From the IMG/VR virus record IMGVR_UViG_3300021426_000064, positions 1 through 64,000 of that record: a stretch of 64,000 bases of DNA; one strand, written 5' to 3'. Shown piece after piece: positions 60,001-64,000 of the stretch. The notes below the pieces were generated by a model. It was not told where the DNA came from. It did no database searches and saw nothing but the letters and a program-made list of their open reading frames with translations. Source of the DNA: a virus. Taxonomy: Duplodnaviria; Caudoviricetes. The stretch's first letter is position 1; each line of letters opens with the position of its first letter. Both the position numbers and the translations under genes were made by a program.

Positions 60001-60793
60001 CTACTATCAGATACATCACATTGTAGAGTTCTCAGAAAACGGTGCGGATGACCCATCTAATATGATTGCTCTCAACCCGGACGATCATCAGTATATCACC
60101 GAACAGCAAAAGAAAATCTCGGAGGGCGATTTTACTGCTGCTGAAATTGGTGCAAGAACTGCCATGCGTATCGGCGAATATGGACGGGCAGCACTGCTCT
60201 ACAAGAAGGCCGCGGAATCCACTATGTACGGTTTGCGGGCGGATGCTAGGTGGACAGATGTTGTAAAAGCCTTGCCAAAATACGAGCGAGATTACTTCAC
60301 TGAGTTCATGCGTGAAAACGATCCTGAAAAGCGCGAGGAAATTCTGCAGACCGTATCGCCATTTTTAAGGCGAGCATTGAAGCAGGTCTGGAAGATGGAC
60401 TACGAATCTGATAAAGGGCCGGACAATGAAGAATATTTTCAGAGTCATAATCTGCCAAACTTCCAGTGGGAAGGGTGGGATCCGGATTCTGACCTGAACA
60501 AAGTAAAAGCAAAGACCATTAAAAACGAAGGCATGCTTTTCTCCGATTTTGGAATATACGAATCTACGTATCGTGACCAAGAAGTTATCAATGCGCCAAA
60601 TCTATCACCTAAAGGTGGAGACGATCCGATAACGGTACAGGCAAATCTGCAGGCAACTTTGTCTGGTTTGGGGCTTATGGGTGTCGAAGTTTCTGTCGAG
60701 CCAAAGTCCACAAAGGGTATTACCTCGGTAATTAACGTCACGAAGGTAACATCGTATAAGCTGGGAGAAACGGTTGATAACCTATTCTCCTGA
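54098..60793 (+). CDS. Giant (2231 aa) tape-measure or ejection-type protein with embedded HNH and SNase-like segments
   Basis: Position after the chaperones, hydrophobic Ala/Gly segments, IHHIVEFSENGADDPSNMIALNPDDH. Confidence 0.65.
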   Translation: MAEDKLYEEANEDLSDTLIDFGTDIAAAGVAAVSFYRAGGVRALSKKLSDYSHSGLKRAVDDFRALDYDHINYRTLKKSYEQIRNGMRNFKAQPHDNRIRWEARPGTPIELIMEAAKLRESSPVIQENARWQREVVRRIQKTAYKNLSAALGAAKIKNRDTIKLAQAQMAKLVAHVASEARKGHVDFDTARLQKNFKVTGAGGDFYQKVIDTAKSQAEKFSLNAAKHKGRTIENQIADRLEAVETLERAAGGRYSGNTLRDKAFGDGLVTIRDTLSHADRFNDTDGTLFIGSDHSVKERSFLKALQELHERVKAKNDKEMLERFENIVIDPHLRKTTDGEIYSLDPLYKARYKVLKSLAYTMPGKILKLADMMMSETTPAFYQFKKGTLNPVLAAFEEGNTTKRIMSDYFYMAGKVFRYDEESNKLLDESVKELDGGTLFSTRFAGMANLYKDINGLNAQRVRQDGSISKILDLNAAPGMNPWDYLAGYFSGERDKKYLPNVIKDIKSGNLFSTSDDIDDVYERLSSLNIFLNKSTRGLTLPMLSALENVARETAAQDGRDALEIISLLRLNNGEQILDGVKAMVGAHGGTDGAFLNNRLNRLVSKFARNESATKGSVELLEDISGAWTDDISAAGGLDFYGQLQRELSKEALMRMAENSRDEAGGLYNAIKGVIEKSSMSHADEEAAKRLAYTSILDNETMNAFTGFGKYQRSEYDVVDPITNQSLLESLIAKYTTVAGGKTTRAGEQDASRVIQDMVNDGHEWQMLHANGRNHESDIPEQYIESDYAILRKSSGPLEILKAINQSITDSSLDALKDEGMNFINQLKAGGHDAGNLSRMTMVPYFFLRRLGGDDLPPFLQFSNEALDSTWGLTKAIAKRIAPVAIGETYLEWGDDTVGAVTGVRPSAGFVNTLDYMDIGARTMLDMTGIGGFLESESYVNPIMQYWGGRDGYYDADEERDFIANGYEAVRRGRYWSFGSVNEFRGSTVEYYQPTLTRRLNSDYYNKSLYSGYWDKWGHSLLPTPTAPFSPLVYLMDPYYLEEEHKEDRPYTVSGTMFDKETPWGIILNPTIGELVKPVVKMNQDRLTDDGQDVKAIIYGINQHIRDTAQGDHAYAMVFDREQITAGEYTSYASPSLGQYNIRIGKDRGEQMRQEQLDALGGPMEPERRETLYEGGGSGDGSGGGGFGFGGSGGGGSFGGQYPLDLLGQTNRKIYVAAARNENKGGMITTDYIRHSKVDEILGNEDMGDLINAGAGGDLVHETAQSLRLIGGIYGYGANRAFGFGERDGKQIADAGDIDSFSRSFWDESVGGIGGGVAEIGRRFIPEYRRNIRVNPLLNTMPDWLPEKLRFGDPYTQLPKGEARLPGKGYEALNELHPDSYGIYGSYDRYKILADVAPNSTEFKVWKKIANATVTDPALKKDMEKIQERVNEQNKQHDFYDYRILGKDVDYQDAIIQEVNKDGSFRIRGSNRLLTLAGIEFDKTTAMSGAGNQIMAEYLHPGQSVTIATDSNEYNRDNPDGTNNGEGTVNAAVFVDGESVSELLLNEHKDVIKKKKDHLNAADVYALTSTFDRVLGGAAEIVAHADLPLIHDRWLRVRSPLESYNAEQVYGTPYQTWSDVWGTYIQPAMERAVSDHWGVIRGAAEWFALNNLQAREGIGKTKKMLLSGAAALMDRGAFIGSSIATFFRPGDGELFQKGGKIGLGLSLLGNLYTSAQSSPTEAAASYATVGWMAADVLDTEKEKFTKALSGSIEKFFRNEESWKFRTKGAFIGAAAGVAMSGLFGPSIESGERAHWTPDRIKQKWELEDYFDRLTYIKYTGLYNRAAELAKSEEGTDVKKIFDDYEEWSDWRREIMQDSDVNNTEFTHLAKKRIQRALDGLHDEIFGSNDENNHRFEYSNGFSINDLPGVRNGVFHSEEVSEEERLYTLNALVTMGVRYNKPGTSRTQEDRDMSQLREFERVYGTKIPDYYQIHHIVEFSENGADDPSNMIALNPDDHQYITEQQKKISEGDFTAAEIGARTAMRIGEYGRAALLYKKAAESTMYGLRADARWTDVVKALPKYERDYFTEFMRENDPEKREEILQTVSPFLRRALKQVWKMDYESDKGPDNEEYFQSHNLPNFQWEGWDPDSDLNKVKAKTIKNEGMLFSDFGIYESTYRDQEVINAPNLSPKGGDDPITVQANLQATLSGLGLMGVEVSVEPKSTKGITSVINVTKVTSYKLGETVDNLFS

Positions 60794-60848
60794 GTAATTT
60801 TTGACGACTGTAATCTTGCAGTCGTCTTTTGTTTTAGGAGAATAATTA

Positions 60849-63800
60849 ATGGCAAATAACATTTATTCCAACCGGGCGACATCCCGACTTGCAAATAGAG
60901 AAAGACAGAATCGGGCGGCAGAAGACCGTTTAATTAAAAGAAGCAGTCAACAATATTCAGAAGAGCTTAGACAGTACAATGAAGACAAAAAGGCTTCAAA
61001 AAGTGTGACTGACAATTCGTTGGTGAAGCCGGTATTTCAGCACCCAATAGACTTAGAGATAGAACTTGAGATCTTAAATAACCAAGCGCTGATTCCATCC
61101 ATGTCTAGAATTGCTAATTTTGACTGGGCGGGCGCAAATGCAGTTTATGGGGCGCTCCCAAAGCGCTTTAATGAACGGGGGGAAGTAAGTACTGAAGTAG
61201 CAAATATATATGAACAAAAATTCCTGCCCGTAGTGGGAGAGCTGTTAAATAGCGTACAATCCCCTACGCAGTTAAGCACGGTGCAATCTGGTGATGAATT
61301 ATTAAAACGCACAATCATTCAGGATGCCCAGCTTAACTATGCCTTCAATCACAATGCCCTTGTAAAAACGAATATGCAAAAACAAAAGAAAGTTGTTGAG
61401 CATATCCAGAAGACCGGGAAATTTATTGAGTATGACCTCGAGGGTATTGGAAACGATATAACCGAATTCTCCTTTATTGAATTTGACACCAAGGCCAAGG
61501 CCGGCACGCCGGTAAAGAAATGGATGACCGGCCTTACCGGTGTTAATTCGGAAACCGCAAAAGAACTTCAGTCATTAATTGACGATTATAGACAGTTCGG
61601 TTTCAAACATGGTGACCAAAAAAATGGTGTATCCGAAGCAGATCGTTACAAACTGGAAGCCATTGCTAAGCGTGGGCATAAAAAGACGGTTGTAGAAAAT
61701 AAGGATGGCATTAACATCCTTAAAAGTTATGCTGTTAACGAAGACGTTTTGATTCCGCAGGTCGAAGATTTAGAGCGCGGTCTGCAAGGGCTCATTGATG
61801 ACTATAATGTCATCCACAGTGCAAAACCCAAAACATATAGTTTCGACGGGAGACAGTACCAACTCTATCGCGACGACTATATGATGCTACGCATGCTTTA
61901 CGACGCAAAAAAGCGCAATATAGCCCTGTCAGGTCTCAACGTTTTTGGTTACGACAACGCCCAGATAAACCGCAAATTCAACCAGGCTACTGGTGACGCA
62001 TATTTGTTATGGAAGCAGATAACCGGTACGGGCGACATGAATGACGCATTCCTCATTATGGATAAAACAATGATCCATCGTGAGAAAAATGATCCCGCAA
62101 AAATTCTGGCAAATGTTAATGGCGCTCTCGAAGATATTGTGGCAAATCCGGGGAATACATTAAATACATCCCGGGGGCAGCAGGCAAGATACGGTAACAT
62201 GATTGACCCGGCAACCGGAAAAATCATAAACGGCCCCGACCGTTACCAGCAGATGATGCATGAGCTGTTTAATGGCGTAATCTATGCGCAGCACGCAGCT
62301 TTCTCGGATACAGCTATTCAAGGCTTCACAACTATTGATATGCTGAAGGACAGCTCTTTTACGGCTACAGTAAAAGATGAGAACGGGAAGAATGTAGCAA
62401 ATCCTGATTATATATTCAGTGATAGCAAAATGGAACCCGAAAGACTCGCTAAGGCCGGGGATATCTTTTATGTCCAAAAGGGTGTTATGGGGAATACCGC
62501 TGCTGGCGGCATGAGCTTCGTTGTTGACGGATTATCTGGCGATATAAGATTTGACGGAGTAAGATTTGATGCTCAGGGAAAACTCCTGACAAAAGAGAAT
62601 CTGGTAGCGCCGGCACTAAAGAGTAATACTTATGCTATGCTTGCTGGCGTAAAAGAGATATCTGTTGACAGCGCTATCGGAAGAGAATATGGAAAAATCA
62701 AAGGCACGGCCGGGGCGGAAAATCTCGTAGCCTTGATGTTCTATCAGTATGGCGAGGCATATAAAGGAGACGCCGAAGGAAGATTAAAGGACTTAAATGT
62801 CTGGGTAGGCACAAAAACCGAAGCGGAGGAATTTCTCGGTTCTAACCCGTATGTAGGTTCTGTTGTCCCTCAAAGCGCTCCAAAGACACTCGAAGATTGG
62901 CGCACCATATCTTCGACAAACGGGCATATTGATACAACAGGAGTGTCTCCCTCTGTAAATGAAAAATTTGGCAAGAGGCATGAAGATGGCTCTATAGCAG
63001 ACTTAAGTGAGGCTGTAGAAGAATCTAATATAACAAAGCAGCGGGATTCTGCAAGTAATTGGCTCCGCAGCCTCAATTATAATAAGGCGAAAAACGCACT
63101 GAAATATATAAAGGCTCTAAATGAGGAAAAAGAGAACCGCAAAGCAGGGGGGAGTATTTCAGAGTTTGCAGTTCAGCGCCTTAAAGAAGTTGCGGGAGAT
63201 CGTAAAGCCCTGGAAAAAGCATACGGAATGCTTAAACCGTACGAGGACGCCGAAGAAGTATTAACACAAACTATTGCTAATGCGACTTACTCAGCAGGAT
63301 ATTTGGATAAAGTAAAAGATATTCTGGAAGAGTCTCTGGAGTTGACCGATAAGCTGGCTGGCGCAAATGCGAAAAAAGAAGTTAAGGATCAGTATTTTGT
63401 ACAAATCTACGAACATGCGCTGAGTGTATTAGCTGAAGAAACTGAAGGGGAGAAAGCTAAAGCACAGGCCGGCAAACAGGCAGCAGGTGGGCACCCAAAG
63501 GTCGATAATGAACTCAGGACTTACACACCGGCTCAGGCATATGGACAAACAGCCGAAGGACAGCTTAGAACTGGCAAGCAGGCTCGATCTATCTTGTTGG
63601 ATATTTCCAGTATCATGCCAGAAAACCGCAGTCATAATGCGGGGCTCAACAGTCAAACCGGTACATTCTTTGAGATTGATCCAAACGAAACTGAGCCTCA
63701 CTGGGGGGCCAGACTGTCTAAGCTCCTCGGAACGGAGAATAGGGCTGTGGCGGTGCGCAAACTAGGCGCTCTTATTTCTAAGCAGTATGGAGAAATTAAA

Positions 63801-64000
63801 GGCGTCAAGAGACTTTCGCGCGATTTAGAAAATATGCCTGCAGAACCCTCGGCAATGATGCTGAGGGTAAACCAGACGCTGGATATGATCCAAAGATTCC
63901 GACCAGAAATACTAAGAAATCCAGAAACAAAATATCTGGATACAGTTAACGGTCCGGCCTCTGTCGATACTCTTAATGGCCTTTCTGAAGAAAAGCAGAA
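60849..64000 (+). CDS. Giant protein (>1050 aa, runs off the window) with a DEDDh exonuclease-like domain
   Basis: ATG after AGGAG. Frame spot-checked open to the window end. Motifs IEYDLEG, SGLNVFGYD and QHAAFSD. Confidence 0.7.
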   Translation, partial: MANNIYSNRATSRLANRERQNRAAEDRLIKRSSQQYSEELRQYNEDKKASKSVTDNSLVKPVFQHPIDLEIELEILNNQALIPSMSRIANFDWAGANAVYGALPKRFNERGEVSTEVANIYEQKFLPVVGELLNSVQSPTQLSTVQSGDELLKRTIIQDAQLNYAFNHNALVKTNMQKQKKVVEHIQKTGKFIEYDLEGIGNDITEFSFIEFDTKAKAGTPVKKWMTGLTGVNSETAKELQSLIDDYRQFGFKHGDQKNGVSEADRYKLEAIAKRGHKKTVVENKDGINILKSYAVNEDVLIPQVEDLERGLQGLIDDYNVIHSAKPKTYSFDGRQYQLYRDDYMMLRMLYDAKKRNIALSGLNVFGYDNAQINRKFNQATGDAYLLWKQITGTGDMNDAFLIMDKTMIHREKNDPAKILANVNGALEDIVANPGNTLNTSRGQQARYGNMIDPATGKIINGPDRYQQMMHELFNGVIYAQHAAFSDTAIQGFTTIDMLKDSSFTATVKDENGKNVANPDYIFSDSKMEPERLAKAGDIFYVQKGVMGNTAAGGMSFVVDGLSGDIRFDGVRFDAQGKLLTKENLVAPALKSNTYAMLAGVKEISVDSAIGREYGKIKGTAGAENLVALMFYQYGEAYKGDAEGRLKDLNVWVGTKTEAEEFLGSNPYVGSVVPQSAPKTLEDWRTISSTNGHIDTTGVSPSVNEKFGKRHEDGSIADLSEAVEESNITKQRDSASNWLRSLNYNKAKNALKYIKALNEEKENRKAGGSISEFAVQRLKEVAGDRKALEKAYGMLKPYEDAEEVLTQTIANATYSAGYLDKVKDILEESLELTDKLAGANAKKEVKDQYFVQIYEHALSVLAEETEGEKAKAQAGKQAAGGHPKVDNELRTYTPAQAYGQTAEGQLRTGKQARSILLDISSIMPENRSHNAGLNSQTGTFFEIDPNETEPHWGARLSKLLGTENRAVAVRKLGALISKQYGEIKGVKRLSRDLENMPAEPSAMMLRVNQTLDMIQRFRPEILRNPETKYLDTVNGPASVDTLNGLSEEKQ

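Noticed and set aside
1-64000. tRNA, rRNA, integrase and reverse transcriptase/DGR genes
   Set aside because: None were recognised by eye. tRNAscan-SE and HMM searches are needed to exclude them formally.

Overview
This window is part of a large contractile-tailed (myovirus-type) phage of a Bacillota host (sigmaA-type promoters, GGAGG RBSs). It also carries a plasmid replicon (Rep_3-type initiator, iterons, DnaA boxes) and parAB, so it is most likely a phage-plasmid. The left arm (about 1-10.5 kb, minus strand) is an early or accessory region. It contains the end of an ISLre2 element, a Dda/RecD-like helicase, two probable type I toxin-antitoxin loci, and a YonO/cellular-RdRP-like two-barrel RNA polymerase that appears split into two genes in reversed order. 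PhoH and an AEP primase follow, then a plus-strand morphogenesis region: terminase, muralytic protein, portal, protease, capsid, neck, sheath, tube and tube paralogs, RNA ligase, chaperones and two giant proteins. Three group I introns can be folded directly from the sequence, two in terL and one in the tail-tube gene. The most unusual feature is terL intron 1, which splits the Walker A motif (GRRTG|KT). Its P8 loop carries two paralogous genes with no endonuclease motifs. All product calls come from motif recognition by eye; no database searches were run.
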